Shown here one piece after another: positions 36,386-49,944 of a DNA stretch of 64,000 nucleotides (positions are counted from its first letter, which is position 1; each line of letters begins with the position of its first letter). Where the stretch lies: assembly GCA_013265495.1 (NCBI GenBank), contig MU058206.1:560001-624000 (forward strand), in the 5' to 3' direction. Position numbers and translations under genes: made by a program. Under the pieces are notes generated by a model, which was given only the letters and a program-made list of their open reading frames with translations, had not been told where the DNA came from and ran no database searches. This DNA is from Vicugna vicugna (taxonomy: Eukaryota).

Positions 36386-39300
36386 AAATATAGAGTTTCC
36401 AGAGAGGCAGGGCTGGAGACAGCAATGGAGGGACGGGCCTTCATCAATTATCCCCACCATGTGGCAGCAACTTGTGGCCCAGGATCTGCCCCCGCCTAGT
36501 GCCAGCTACTTCAGGGCAGGATAGGGGGCTGAGGTGCTGAGATGGCAGTTCCTGCGCCCTCCAGTGTGGATCAGGGACAAGGAGCACCCCCCCCCACCTC
36601 AACAGGAGACAAGGATCCTGCCCCTCAGAGTGGTCACCCTTTTGGAGTGGTTGTCTGGGGCAGAGGGTCACAGGCTTGGGGTGAGAGTTGGTGTGACCTG
36701 CCCACCTCCCTGCTTGCTGAGTTTTTGCAGCCAGGAGGGCTGCTGCCCACAGCCCTCTCCCCAGATGCTCCCTGTTCAGGCTGCTCCTGGACCACCTTAA
36801 AGGACAGATTAAGAGATGTGGATTGAAAGTTGCTACATCTTGGGCCTGGGGTTCTGGAGAATGGCTAGGGACCCCTGAGATTGGGGGGTGGGCTTTGTGT
36901 GTATGACAGCCACCGCCCCAATGTCCGGTTTCAGACCTCCATTCCAGGGGCTGCAGGCAGGAGGTTTCCAAGCATGCTTTACACGTGGCAGAGAGCTGAG
37001 GCCCAGGGCCCCCTCTGCCACTTTTTCACTTGAAATGCTTGGCGGGCACCCAGCCCGAAGATGTGTCTTTAATTTCTGTAGCATGACAGCGAGAGGAAGA
37101 ATGTACTTGGGGTCTCCTCCCAGCCTGGCTGGGCCTCCTTGGCCAGAACTGAGGGCTTGAGACTTGGAGGGAGGAGGGAGGAGGGAGGAGGGAGAGGGCT
37201 GAGGCCGGAGAGGGGAGGAGACGCCACCTCATCTTTAGGAAACTCTGAAGCCCTGACTTCTTGTGGAATGTAAGACTTTGTCTGGCATTTGGAGTGGGGG
37301 GAGCAAAAGCCAAAATCTGCCCCCCCCCACCCCTAAGAAATGGTAAAGTCATCAGTGCTTAGGGAAAAAAAATTCCTCAAGAAGAAAAACAGAAGGAGGA
37401 AAGTGCTGAGCTCTGAGTTCGCTCCCTCTCCAAATTTCCCCGAGTGCCCTCCCTCGACGCCGGAGAGTCAGGCCTGTGCTCCCCCTCCCCCTGGAGCCCC
37501 TGAAGCCCCGAATCTGGACTCCATGATGTGGGGTAAGGGAGGAGAGACTACCCAGGTGCTGACGCACCTGGCAGGCAGGCTGGTTGGCCGGTCCCAGTTC
37601 TCTGCCCCCTGCTGAGGTCCTGTTGCCCTCTTTCCCATAATTGCCCCTCCAGAATGTTCTTCTGCCCCCACCCTGGCTCCAGACTGGTGATGGAGAGAGG
37701 GTCTTTGGGAGAGGAGTTGAGGAAAGAGAAGGGAGGGGGCCTAAGAGTGAGGATGCAGTGGACTCGATCTCCGTGCGTCCCCATCGTCCCCTGCCCAGTT
37801 GCTATTGAGGATCCCTGGGGGCAGAGTCTGGGGACAGATCCCAGGTGTGGGGGTTCTCTCTTCTTCCCTTTCCTCAGCATCGCACTGCCTGGGTCCTTTG
37901 GTCCTTGGCTAAGTTCCTTAACTTCCAGGCACTGCTCTGCTCTTTCTTGCCTCAGCCTCAACCCACGTCCTTTGACCTGGGAGTTCCCTCCATCTCTTCA
38001 TCCTTTCCAGGTTTAGAAGGAAGATGATGAATCAAGCTTGTCCATGTAGAGTGTTAGGTGCCTATGAGACATCCAGTCAGAAAGATGGAGGGAACTCTCA
38101 GGTGTCTGGGTCTGGAGTCCAGAGAAGAGACAAACATGGGGACCTCCCCCCACCAACCTACTCAGGATGTTGGTGTAGATGGAGCTGTCCCCAGAGAAAG
38201 TATGGAGGGAGGAGAGCTGAAGGGCTGGGACTAGGCCTTGAGGACCCTCGGGGTTTAAGGGTTGGGAGGAGGAGGAGGAGCCTGCACAAGAAACAGGACA
38301 AGAGTAGGAGTAGGAGGAGGGCAAGGAGGAAGTGATCGAGGGTGTCATGTATGCAGAGGGAAGGTTGTTCTAGAAGGAGGAAGAGTTCTATGTTGCAGGG
38401 AAAATTAGTATGAAGGGAGCAAAATGGTCACTGGATTTAGCAACATGGCAGTGACTGGTGCCCTGTGAGCTGTTTCAGTGGAGTGATGGGCAAGGAAGCC
38501 AGACTATAGTGGGCTGAGGAGTGAGTGGGAGGCCAGGAAATGGGGTCAGAGTGCAGACAACTTGGAGGAGGAGTTTAGCTGTGAAGGGGAGGAGAGCGTG
38601 TGGACTTCCCCCCTCCCTGCCTCCTTTTCTTTTTCTTTCTTGCCTCACATCCCCCCACCCCACTCCTGTCTGTCTTTCTGTTCCCTACCTCCCTCCTCTT
38701 TCTCTCTCGTGGAACTTTGCTTCTTTTTCTACTCTTCCTTCTCTGGAGCTCTTCTTCCAGACCCCATTTGCCTTTCTCATTCATCCTTTTCTCAAATATC
38801 CACATCCAGGACCAGCCTTTATTTCATTTTCTCCATAGAGAGAGCCCTTGGTCCAGGCTATTGAAGAGAAGGATTGATTTCTATTCCTGCAGACCCTGTC
38901 ACATTCTCTGGGACCCCTCAGTCCAAGAGAGGGAAACTGGGGCAAAGAAACCAGGGAAGGAGCTGGGACAAGCTGGGAGAGAAGGGCTGGGGTGTGGTCC
39001 TTTGGTGACATTAGGACGCCCAGGACCACTCCAGCCCCACCGGGTCCACAGCCAGGTCCCAACTGAAAATAACGTGCTGGATGGGGACGTTGTCAGGCTT
39101 GGGGGCCACAGCCTCCCGTCCGTTCTGTGGTGATCACAAGGGAGAGGTCAACGCCCATCTTTCCTGCTGGAGCACAAGCTCCCGGGACAGGGACCTGTCA
39201 AAGTCATTATTGGATCAATGGCCCCATTCAGTGTCTCAAGTCAGAGTAGAGTCTCGTTAAAGTTTGAGTGAGTGAATTAACGGAATTGTTATTTCCCCTT

Positions 39301-40024
39301 TCTGGTTTAGTTCAGTTCTGCCCTTGCTTTATCTCATCCCCACTTCTTTTCTTTTTCTATTCTTTTTTTCCTATTCTTTTATTTCTCCCTTTATCTCACT
39401 CTTAATCTTTTTCCTTTTCGTGTATTTTTCTTCCATTTCTAAGTTCTTTTCTTTCCTTTTCTTTCTCTCCTCTGCCTCTGTCCCATTGTTCCACCCCTCC
39501 ACCCACACACCCCTCCCTCCCTCTCTTCCTCTCATGCTCTCTTTTAATATTCTTGGTGCTCAATCCCTTCCTGGGGGGCGGTGGCTGACTCCTGTGGGCA
39601 TGCGCTCCAGCAGAGGAGAGAGCTGCAGCAGCCTCGGAGGGGCGGGGTTAAGGGGGAGGCTAAGGATTGCATCACAACCAGATGTCAGTCTTGCTGAAGT
39701 GTTTAGGAGATAAATGCAAAGGTTTCTTGGAAGCTTGGATCTGGGGGGGAGAAAAAGAGTGAGGAGGCAGCCTGTGTGAGCCAGAGGCACCTGTCCAGAC
39801 CCTGATCTCCTCTTTTCATCCCCACCCCCTCCCCTCACAGGTAAGCCTCGGCCACAGAAATCCAGAGTCTCTCCCTCTTCTACATTAGCCACCAGTTCTT
39901 CCACCTGGCAAACCTGGGAGTCTGGAGTTTCCTGGGCGGGAGGGTGAGCAGGGGCGATCCCACTGCACCAGCCCTGGGCAGAGCACCCCTCTGGACAGTC
40001 TGGCTTGGACATAGAAAGGATCCA

Positions 40025-40760
40025 GAATTATTCATTCAACATCGTTATATGCCAGGCACTTTGCTGGGCACTGGGCATTCAGTGTCTGCCCTCATGGGGC
40101 TTACATCTGGTAGAGACAGACACGAATGAAATCACATAAATAAACATGTAATTGCAACAGTAGAGGTTATGAAAGAAAGGAACCCAGAGAGCCCTGAGTG
40201 GCAGGTATCCCAGGCAGGAGGAAGTATGGCAAGCTCTAGATGCTAAGAGAACCCAGAGAAGGCTCGTGTAGCTGGAGCACAGGGAGCCAAGGCCAGGCAG
40301 GCCGAGGAAGCCACATCAGAAGTTTGTCTTTATCCTTACAGCTTTGGGCCCCAGTAGGAGGTCCAAAGCAGGGAGGGTCACAATCAGGTCTGCATTTGTC
40401 AAAGATCACCATGGTCACTCAGTGGAGCAGGTACTGGAGGATGGCTGTGGTGGAAGGTGGCTGCTGCAGGCAACCAGGTGAGAGCTGATGAGAGCCTGGG
40501 CCAGGTTGAAGGAGATGGAGACAGAGAAGGGGAATGGATTCAGGAGGTCTTTGGGAAGCAGAATTTACAGGCATTGGGGTTGGATGAGAAAGTCTGGTGA
40601 AGAACAGGGATGACTCCTGGTCTTCTGACCAGAGAGCCTGGATGATGTGGTACCCTGGAAGAGAAGAGGCTGGGCGAGGACCCTATTTAGGGAAGAAGAT
40701 CCTGAGCTCAATGCCTGTTGCAGACACTCTAGTTAATTGTATTCAGTGGATGGTTATTGC
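40025..40760 (-). mobile_element. L2 LINE fragment(s)
   Basis: ATTCATTCAACA...TATGCCAGGCACTTTGCTGGGCACTGGG...CTGCCCTCATGGGGCTTACATCTGG and AAAGATCACCATGG are typical of reverse-strand L2. Confidence 0.7.
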
Positions 40761-43700
40761 AGACCGCCTGGGGCCAGCTCTGGGCTGGACAGAGCTCTGG
40801 GGACAACAGCTCCTGTCCTCAGGGAGTTCAGAGTCAGGAAGTAGGGTAAAATAAATACAAAAATGTCTTTCACCCAAGGCAGCATTGGCTGTGCTTTTGA
40901 GTAAGTTAGTTCATCTCTCTAACCTTCATTTCCCCAACCTGTGAAATGGGGTAGTAATAAGATCACCTTGCTGGCACATCCAGCAAGGTAAGTGGAAGCC
41001 TCCAGAGAGATGCGAGGGACGGTGAGAATGCCAATGGGAGACAAGGCAGGTTTTGTGGAGGAGGCTGCTTCTGAGCTGGGCCTGAGAGGGTTTGAAATGC
41101 AGGATTGGGATGGGAGGGAAGGCATCGCCAAACCTGGGAAGCCTGACACACACAGAGACAGAGGCAGAGAGAGAGAGAGCCTCGGGCAGAGGAAATGTGG
41201 AAGACAAGGCTGGAAAGAAAGGCTGGGGCCAACTTCTAGAGGCCTGGAATTCAAGGAGAGAAATTTATAATCAATTTGGTGGTCACAGAGAGTCAGTGAC
41301 CGCTTTTAAGTAAGGTATACTAGTGAGCCTTTTGCCAAGTTCATGTCCAGAGAACCAATGCCTTGACGGCAGAAGAACTCAAATGAGAAAGCTAGGGCCT
41401 TTGGGAGGAGGGGGAGACGCAAGGAAACCGGATGGAATTTGTGGCTCTTAGATCAACAAGAAAATATGGTGTGGGAGCAGGCAAAGAGGTAAACCAGATG
41501 ATCCCTCCAAAGTTGGAGTTCAACTTTTTACTAGATTCCAGAACTCTGTCGTTTCAAGGTGGGAATATCATATAACAATAGATGTTCAGTTGGAAGGAAA
41601 TGGTGAACTCATTCTGCCCTGTCCTCCTCTCCTCGCACAGAGGAGAAAACCAAGGCCCAGAGAAGGGAAGTGACCGGCTTAACGTCACACAGCTGAGATT
41701 CAGAGGTCAGGGGTAAGATCTCTGCTGTACTTCAAGATCCTGAGTTTGGGGAGGGGAGGTGGGGGTCGGGGATCGGGGGGGTGGGGAACTGGAGGGGCCA
41801 GTGGAGCAACTGGGGATGGGGGCGCCTGCATGACACAGGGATCCCACATAATCCCTGCCCAGGCCTGGGAAGTTGCTCTCCAATTCTCTGCTGAGCCATG
41901 TGGCCAGAGGGGGAAGGGAGCCTGGTGGGCAGGGTGGAACTGCCACATGGAAGAGGCTTGATGTGAACCATCTGGCCTGGGCGGAGTGTGGGCTGCAGAG
42001 AGGGGAGGAGCAGGAGACGGGAAAGAGGCCACAGTGGGCGGGTGGACAGCGGGCTGGGGCTGGGAGTGGCCCAGCCTGGAGGCCCCTACCTTCCAGCCTG
42101 CTGCAGTCCAGATGCCTTCACAGCCACGGCCTGGCCCATCCAACCCGCTGACCTCATTCCCAGCTCCCCTCCCTCGCAGGCCCCCCTCTGCCTGCCACGT
42201 AGACTAAAGGCTTTAGCTGCATCTCCTGCTGGGGAGAGGGAGGACAGAAGGACACAGGCACCCTGAGCCCGGGACTCTTCCAGATCAGGCAGACCTGGGG
42301 GAGCAGTGGTATTCCCTGAGCCCCCAGATCACTCTGGGCCTCAGTTTCCCCTCCCCAAGCATGAGGCCCATGATGGAGGGGAGCATGACGTGAAGCACAT
42401 TGGAGTGGACGAGAACCAGGGGGGAAGTCATCAGGAGGGTGACCTGCTTCCTCACGACAGAAGGGTGTCATTCTCAGACCCAGGAAGACATAGGGCAGGA
42501 CCTCTTCCTCTCTTAGAGTGCTTCTCATCAAAGGGAGTTTCCTGAAGGTCTGCGTGCGGGCATCTTCTGTTCTACGGAGACTTTCTCGATCCTGCTGCAT
42601 CGGGAGTGGGATATATGACCAGGGTGGCAGTGGGGAGGCACGTTGTCTCCCCTCCCTCAGGCCCCTCTCAGTGACCTCTCCTCCCATCCTGGATCCAGTC
42701 TCCAGGCCAGAGCCTCTCTTGGGCTCTGCCTCTTGACCTTCTGCCTTCCCCTCGCCTCCCTGCCCCCCGGGTCCTGGGTCCTCTTCGACAGCAGAACAGG
42801 GGGCTGTCCCGCTGCAGCCGCCTCTCCTCCAGGCGTTCCCGGCCTGTGAGTCATCGGGAATGTCTGCTCTGGTTGTAGCTTCCTCCCAGGCTGTGGACCC
42901 TCCGGCCCCCCCTCCCCCAGGCAGGGGGCTCTGGACCAGGAGGGGGAAGGCTGTGTGTGAATCTGTGGCGAGGCCTTGCTTCCCCCGGTGCAGTGAGGAC
43001 GGGCTTAAAAGAACTCCCCCAGACTCCACCTTGCCCATCACAGATAGAGTGTCTCGTCCTTTCTCCCGTCCCCCAGGTGGGGAAGCAGGCGGGGCAGGCA
43101 GGGAAGACCAGGACTCTGGGGGGCTTAGGCGGCTCCCCTCCTCTGGGTCAGGGCCAAGCTGGGAACCTGCCCAACCCTCTTTCTGAAGGGCCCTCCCCAC
43201 ATTCAAGGCCGGGTCTGGCAAGAAAGCTGGAGAGAGGCCCTGCTACCGCGGAGGACTCCAAGGATGACACGTCCTGGCTGGGTTGGGGAGTCCACGTCCG
43301 CAGGAAAGGGGGAGGCTGGTGCCTGGACCCTTCCCACGGGGCCCCTGCACCCTGTGAGGCTGCCTCCGGCCCTCTCCTCCTCTCCTTCTCCCAAGCAACC
43401 CTGTCCTGCCTCCTCCTTCTCCAGCCTGAAGAAACAGCTGTTGGCGGAGGGGGGATGGAGGGGAAGGGCTGGAATTAGAAAAGTTCCCATCTTTACTCCA
43501 AATGTGTCTGCTGCCCCCTTGTCCCCCCCACCTCCCCCCCATCCGTGGATTAGTTGTCTAGAGACCAGATGTCTAGGACCAGACTTGCCTGGTGACTTTG
43601 GGCATTTTTTTCACTTCCCATTTCTGAGCCCCAGTTTCCTCATCTGTAAAGAGCCTCAGTTTCCTCATCTGTAAAATTGGAGCCTGGATCAAAAAAGTCC

Positions 43701-44394
43701 CTACTGGTGAGGTTGGACTAGGATTCTGTCTCTTCCCAGTCAGATACTCGGGCACTCACACACATCCTCACCCATACCCACCGGCTCACGTGCTCTCTAT
43801 CACACACATGCATTCATCCACTGTCACACCCGCATTTGCATGTGCACACACTTCAGCTTACTCTGGGGCCAGCAGATCCCCCACGGCTTCTCTGACAGCG
43901 CCCTTTCTTCCCTCCCACCCATCACACTGCCCCCGCCTTCCCGCCCCCTTACATTTTCTCCTCCCAAGGTCACTGGCAGGGCAAGGGCAAGAGCGAAGAG
44001 TGGGCCGTGAGATGTGAACCCGGAGTGTCACTCCTCTGACCCCTGCCAAAGACCACTCCCGCCACCCCCTCAGGGCGGGGCTGGTTGAGGTTGGGTGGGA
44101 GGGAGATGAGATGGAAGAGGAGTGGAGCAGAGAGGTTTCGCTTCTCTTCCCAGCTGAGCTTTATTAACATTTACTTGCAAAAATGTCCGTCCATCCTGGG
44201 GCCTCCCCTGAAGTGTGATGATTTTAGCAGCTTGTACTGGCCGCCCTGCCCCAGGCTGCACCCTTCTAGGAACTCCTGCCTGAGGGAGACTGGTCAGAGC
44301 TCAGAAAGGACAGTTCCAGGGGATGAGCTATCTGTTGGCCAGGAAAGGCGTGGGAACTGGGCGGCAGAGCACACCCCGCAGACCCAGCCCGACC

Positions 44395-45310
44395 AGGAAT
44401 AATAGCAAAAGTCTCTACCAGGCTATGCCCTAAGCACGCCACACGTTTCAACTAACGTTCTCCTCACAAAACCCTCTGAGGTGGGTGCTATTATTGTCTC
44501 CAATTTCAGAAGAGGAAAGGGAGGCACAGAGAGGCTTGAGTCAGTTGCCTGAAGTCACAGAGCCAGGAAGTGGCTGAGCTGGGCTTCAAACCCAGGCAGC
44601 CTGGCTCCAGAGCTCACAGGCTTAACTGCTATTCATGACAAGTCCAGGAGACCCAAGATGGATGCAAGGAGTGCTCTCCCACTTAGTCTAAAGAAGTGAC
44701 CATTTGCACAAACACACACGTTCCAGCTGTGTGCATGGAGGCTAAGGATCACAACATCGCATGGCTGGAGCTGGACCACAGGCACCGTCACAGCTGGAAA
44801 GCACTCAGGCGGTGGTGCCACCTCCCTCCCATCTGCCGAGGAACTGTTCTGAGCTGACGGCACCACACACATCATCTCATCTAATCCTCATAGTAGCTCT
44901 GGGGGTTGGGAGGTCAGTCTTAATACCTTGATTTTACAGATGGAGAACCTGAGACCCAGAAGGGACAAGGCATTGTCCCAAACCCCCTTCCTAGAGCTGA
45001 GAGGGAGCCCACATGCTCCAGCAGCTGGATCAGACTTCTTTTCATTGCCTCGCGTGGACACAGGAAAATCATACCCATGGTGCTCCTGCACGATCCAGGC
45101 TAAGAGTTACCAGGCATTTTCCGTGTGCCAGATAGTCAGTAGCAGCTCACTGAATGACTACGACAATCCTATGATGTTGTTTCTGTTAATATCCTTACCC
45201 TCATTTTGCAGATAAGGAGACTGAGGCTCAGCGAGGTTAAGTAACTTGCTTAAGGTCACACAGCTCAGCAGTTGCAGAAGAGATCTGGATCCAGGCTCTC
45301 ACCACTGTGC
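44395..45310 (-). mobile_element. Cluster of three MIR SINEs (~44395-44630, ~44870-45010, ~45100-45310)
   Basis: Repeated MIR cores, e.g. GAGGCACAGAGAGGCTTGAGTCAGTTGCCTGAAGTCACAG and TTTTGCAGATAAGGAGACTGAGGCTCAGCGAGGTTAAGTAACTTGC. Confidence 0.7.
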
Positions 45311-47350
45311 TATAGCCCATTCTCTAATACTGACTGGCTACTACCCATTCAGTCAGTCAGTCAGTAGCCGCTACTGACCGCCTGTTGGGCCCAGCACACA
45401 GAGGTGAACAAGCCTGGCGCCCCAACCTGCCCCTGCCGGGTACCACATGGCAGATGGGGACTGCACCCGCTCTCACTCTCCTTCCTTCCCAGAGAGTCTC
45501 CTCCCTAGCGAGCTAGGACACGTGGCTCTTGGCTCTTGCAAGGGGAAATACTGAGGTGGTGCCAAAACCAGTATGGGAGGCAGGGCAATGCAAATGGGGT
45601 GGGGGTAGGGCAGAAGGGGGCAGTGCTGGGAGGGGACAGGGACACCATTCTGCATCTGCCCCCATTTTGGTCTTCTGCTCACATCTAATCTATCTCAGCT
45701 CTTGTCCTGGCGTCTCTGCTGATTCTCTCCATATCTGTCTCTCGGTGTATGTTCATTTGTCTCCTGTCTTTCCTTGTCCTTTTATTGTTTATCAGCTGCT
45801 GTGTGGGCTGTGGATCGAGGACTTGGGCACCCACCACCAGAGTGGACATCATGTCTAAGCTAGGGCCACTTCCAGGGGACCCATCAGCTCTGTCCCAGGA
45901 CCCTTCCTCCTGGCCTTCTCTCTACAAAGGACCACAGTCCTCTTCTCCTCAAGCCTTCCTCCCAGGCTCTCTCTGTCCATTGTCTGAACACTAGCCTTGA
46001 TATCACCAGTCTGTATGTCTGGGATGTGACCTGCCTGCCCTTCACATGGGGGGAGGAAGCCATGTCCCTCCCATCAGAGGCAGAAGCATGTCTCCATGTT
46101 CAGACTTAGGGCTCCTTGAGGACAGGGATTGTGTCTCTCCCACAAGACTGAGGTTCCTTGAAGATACAACCTGAGCTTTCCCCATGAGTGGTCCATAAGT
46201 GTTAGAGATTTCTAAGGAAAAAAGAAAAGAATAATTTTACTTATAAACTTGGAAATGCAAAATTGATTTAAGATTTTCATTACAACCCCATTGTGTTCTT
46301 AATAACTTCACATTCTTCAACATTGTACGTGATACAGGGTTTGCATTTGGTTGATCTATCTTGGCAGTTTGTCTCAGACGATATATTTTTATATCATTTA
46401 TGGATTTGGGGTTATTAATTTGCGATGTGTAATGTCCTCAACTCAAGTAAGGAGTCAGTGGTTCAAAAGTGGCTTTCTGAAGCTGAAAAAGAGTGATGAA
46501 AATAGTAACCCAGATACTACAACTGAGAGCAGTGTTATAAAAGTAAATAATGAACCAGAATCTAGTTCCCAAAAATGCAAGTCTCGAAGAAATCAGACGT
46601 GTATGATGATTTCACACACGTAGCTGAGAAAGAAAAGTGTAAATAGTGAGTGTGGGATATTGCATTCCGACACTGCGCTCCATTGGACTGGATATCCATC
46701 CCATCCTAATCCCCAGAGTGTTGTGTGTTATGAAACTTTGTCAAATAGTGGCATAAAGCCATCAAGCCTTTCACATCATTTTCAAACAAAGCACAGTGAC
46801 CTTTCTGGTAAACCATTAGAGCCTTCTCTCTCTTTCTTTTCCAGAGCAAGAGTAAAATAAGCTTTTCCAGGACAAAATTGATGGATTCCCCCCCACCCCC
46901 TGACTGAAGGCAGGAAGGAAGAAAAACAAAACTACGTAGGCAGCATTTAAAACTGCATTCCTCTTAGTAAAACACAGATACAAGGAACTATCTGAGAAGC
47001 TTGTAAAACAGCTGTGTTATTAATGACACACACTTTTCTCAGAGAGAGTGCAGAACAAGCTTTTGGCAAATTTCCTTTATCAAATGACAGTGTTGGGCAT
47101 CTCACAGTGTCAATGGTATGCGCTATGAGAAAATAGTTTTGTTTTACTAAATCCTGCTGCCTGAGACTCCTCATGAAAGTTGTATATTTTTACTCTTCTA
47201 AGCTTCGGGTTGGGCTAGCACAGGTAGTGAACATACTGGCATCTGAACAAGCTGCTTGAGATCTCAGAGCTGTTCTCCAGTGGCATAATAAATGACTTTC
47301 AGCAATGGTTTTTATCTCATCTCTCTTTCCTAAAAGAGATGTGGGCCAAG

Positions 47351-47481
47351 GGAGAGGGACAGTATAGCTCAAGTGGTAGAGCACATGCTTAGTATGCACG
47401 AGGTCCTGGGTTCAATCCTCAGTACCCCCTCTAAAAATTAATAAAACCTAATTACCTCCCCCCACCGAAAAAAAAAAAAAA
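47351..47481 (+). mobile_element. tRNA-derived SINE (Vic-1-like)
   Basis: GTATAGCTCAAGTGGTAGAGCACATGCTTAGTATGCACGAGGTCCTGGGTTCAATCC, tail CCTAATTACCTCCCCCC + poly(A). TSD AGATGTGGGCC at 47337-47347 and 47485-47495. Confidence 0.92.
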
Positions 47482-47792
47482 GACAGATGTGGGCCCAGGT
47501 ATGTAACGTTGGTTACAATCAATGAGGTATAGAGTCTAAACACACTTAGCTTATATGTCATTCGTACATCAGAGAAAAGCATTCAGTAACTGTTAGTTTT
47601 ACCACTTAAAACCCACGCTTCAGGAAAAAAAAAATTCTTTGCTTATGTGGTCATTTTGTGAATCATGATCTGCACTGAAGATTGGCTGGCAAACACTACT
47701 GAGGGAGAACAAAAAAGGGCTCCCTTCTAAGGATGAAAAAAGTTGTACCCGAAAGCTAATTCCATCTGTTTCTGGGACTTTCCTCAACATTT

Positions 47793-48280
47793 TGGCAATA
47801 CCAGCTATTGCCCCCTAATATTCCTTTCCCCCCTTTTCTCTCATGGTAATAGTATTCCCGATTTTTAGCTGTTTATGTGACCACTCAGAGTAAAAACTAC
47901 ATTTTTTTAAACTTCTTTTCAGCTAGATGTGGTCATGTGACAACGTTCTGGCCAATGAGATGTGAGCTGAAGTATGACTTTCAGGTCCCTATGGGGACAT
48001 GCCTTCCCACCCACTTTCCTCCAACTACTGCTTGGAACTTCCTTTCATTGTGAGCCGCCTTGGATCCTGCCCATGAGGGCAAGACCTAAGTGTGGCAGAA
48101 CAAGAAGACAGAAGGAGCCTGGGTTTCTGAACAAGCTAGTGCAGAAGAACCACCTTTCTAGCACTGGACCGCTTGTCTCTGGGCTATTAGATGGAAGAGA
48201 AACAAACTGCTGTTTTGTTTAAGCCACTATTTTTATGGATCCCTGTAATGAATGGCCAAACCTAAATCCTACCCAATACA
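47793..48280 (+). mobile_element. MaLR LTR (MLT1J-like) nested in the Charlie remnant
   Basis: CAGCTAGATGTGGTCATGTGAC..TTCTGGCCAATGAGATGTGAGC, AGACAGAAGGAGCCTGGGT, TGTTTAAGCCACT, end AATCCTACCCAATACA. Confidence 0.8.
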
Positions 48281-49679
48281 CAGTTGAAGGAAATACTGAA
48301 AATAGTGAGTATGATTCAATCTCATTCACTGAGCATACTTCTCAGCATCCTATGCAAAGACAAAGACGGCAAGTTCAAGAGTTCACTTTTCCACCCTGAG
48401 ATATTCTAGCTATGGAGGGAAAAGGTTCCCACAAGGAGTTTTGAAAAGAATGATGAGATAAAACCATTTTTCATGTCACTGATAATGCCACTCAAGACCA
48501 CTTCTAGATCTTAAATGTCCTGCGCAGATGGCAAAATGTTCAGCATCTGTGTTGCCCAGACATCACCAAACTGTTACATTTCCTGATGAGTATCAAGTTA
48601 GCAGAATTCCTTAGAACCAAACTGCAGTACGACTGCTCCATTATGAGAGTTTGATTCTTTCTCAGTACTTGATGGTTTTTGTTTCTGAGCAGTAGAAAGG
48701 AATCAGTGACATATTATCAAGGTTATTTTTAAAACCACATCCAAATATGACATCAGAACTTAAAGAATTCTTTCCGAATCAAATTCAGCCGAAGAGAGGA
48801 GTATGTTACTCTCTTTCTCAAAGTGAAGCACTCAGTATTCTAACTTTTGGAAGCTTTGTACCTGTTGACCAAGTAGCCAAGAGAATGGAAAATAGTCTTC
48901 AGGGAGAAACAGCTCTGCGAGTTCTAAATTCTTGTTTGGTCTGAATTCACAACCATCTAACAGCCACCAAATATTTGCTGCCATTTCTAATGACCTGCTA
49001 TTGAGGTTTAGGATTTTCTAATTTAGTACGAATAAAGAGTAAGAGAAGAAACTGACAGGATGTGAAAATTCCTCATGGCTCCTCTTTGTCACACAGAACA
49101 CAGAGACCCTGCTGGAAATTTTCAGACAGTATCCTCTCTCACTGATATGAAACAATTATATTTCATACTACTTTTGTGAAGTTACATTTTTAAAATGACT
49201 TTAGAAACACAATGTTGTTCCTAAATTTGCTTAAACTTGGTGGTTGGTGCATTCCTCAACGCCCGCTAAGGAACTGCTAATACTAACAGTGTGAGAAACA
49301 TTCTCCCCTACGTCCTAACATGGCTGCATTCCACAGCAGATAAAGAAATCCCTAAAGGGAATCCAGGGGGCCCCCTAAGATCTGGCAGCCCTGCTGGTCC
49401 AGTGCAGGCCCATGTGCCAGCTGGACTGACTACTCCATCACAGCCTCTCCCAGTGGGTCACAGGCTCCTGCTCACGCAGTGCCCGACTGCACCATCCCAA
49501 GTCTGGTGTGGGAGGTCAGAGTGTTCTCACCATCCAGACAAGACCCAGAAGTCCAGGGAACTTCTCTCCAAAGCCACTCAGCTTGTGGGGGAGGGGCCAG
49601 GATAAGAATCCAAGCCTTTTTATGGCCCTGGAAAGGCTCTTTCCTCCACACTTAAATGTCTGCAAATAACCTAAACCGC

Positions 49680-49925
49680 AAAATGATAATGGCTACAGTG
49701 TACTTGGGACTCACTGAGTACCAGGCCCCCCGCTCACATTGCCTCAATCTTCTCAACAGCCTCCTGAGATACTCCCTATGCGATATATCATTAGTTCCAC
49801 TTTACAGATGAGAAAACTGAGGTTCAGAGAGGTTAAGTAACTTACCCTGTCACATTGCTAAGGAGTGGCAACGCCGGCCTCAAATTGAAATCCGACAGCC
49901 AGGAAGGGGCTTTTAACCCCCACAA
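49680..49925 (-). mobile_element. MIR SINE
   Basis: CCACTTTACAGATGAGAAAACTGAGGTTCAGAGAGGTTAAGTAACTTACC. Confidence 0.8.
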
Positions 49926-49944
49926 CAAAAGACCATCGCACTGG

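Larger units (their letters stand above)
46200..49200 (+). mobile_element. Decayed autonomous hAT Charlie/Buster-type DNA transposon (transposase pseudogene)
   Basis: Collinear transposase remnants: BED-finger-like WTGYPSHPNPQSVVCYETLSNSGIKPSSLSHHFQTKH (46684-46800), KFPLSNDSV (~47067-47095), a catalytic-region remnant ILKIVSMIQSH..LFHPEIF*LWREKV (~48290-48430) and a dimerisation-domain remnant TATKYLLPF..GFS (~48960-49020). Boundaries approximate. Confidence 0.78.

Noticed and set aside
42154..43221. 355-aa ORF on the minus strand upstream of COL1A1
   Set aside because: Low-complexity G/P/S/E-rich translation of GC-rich DNA with no recognisable domain; several overlapping ORFs on both strands suggest chance stop-codon scarcity.
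43628..43678. Direct repeat CAGTTTCCTCATCTGTAAA x2
   Set aside because: A local tandem duplication of a MIR core; unremarkable.
46020..46190. Short degenerate repeats (GACT.AGG.TCCTTGA.G)
   Set aside because: They resemble decayed L2-tail-like tandem units; there are no identical repeats with unique spacers, so this is not CRISPR-like.
46660..46860. Possible domesticated ZBED/Buster gene
   Set aside because: Only 66 codons are open, the first Cys of the BED motif is replaced by Ser, and downstream segments carry stops, frameshifts and nested insertions.
47351..47430. tRNA-Ala-like sequences (also at 14706, 52471 and 56950)
   Set aside because: They have A-rich tails, TSDs and degenerate stems, so they are SINE heads and not tRNA genes.
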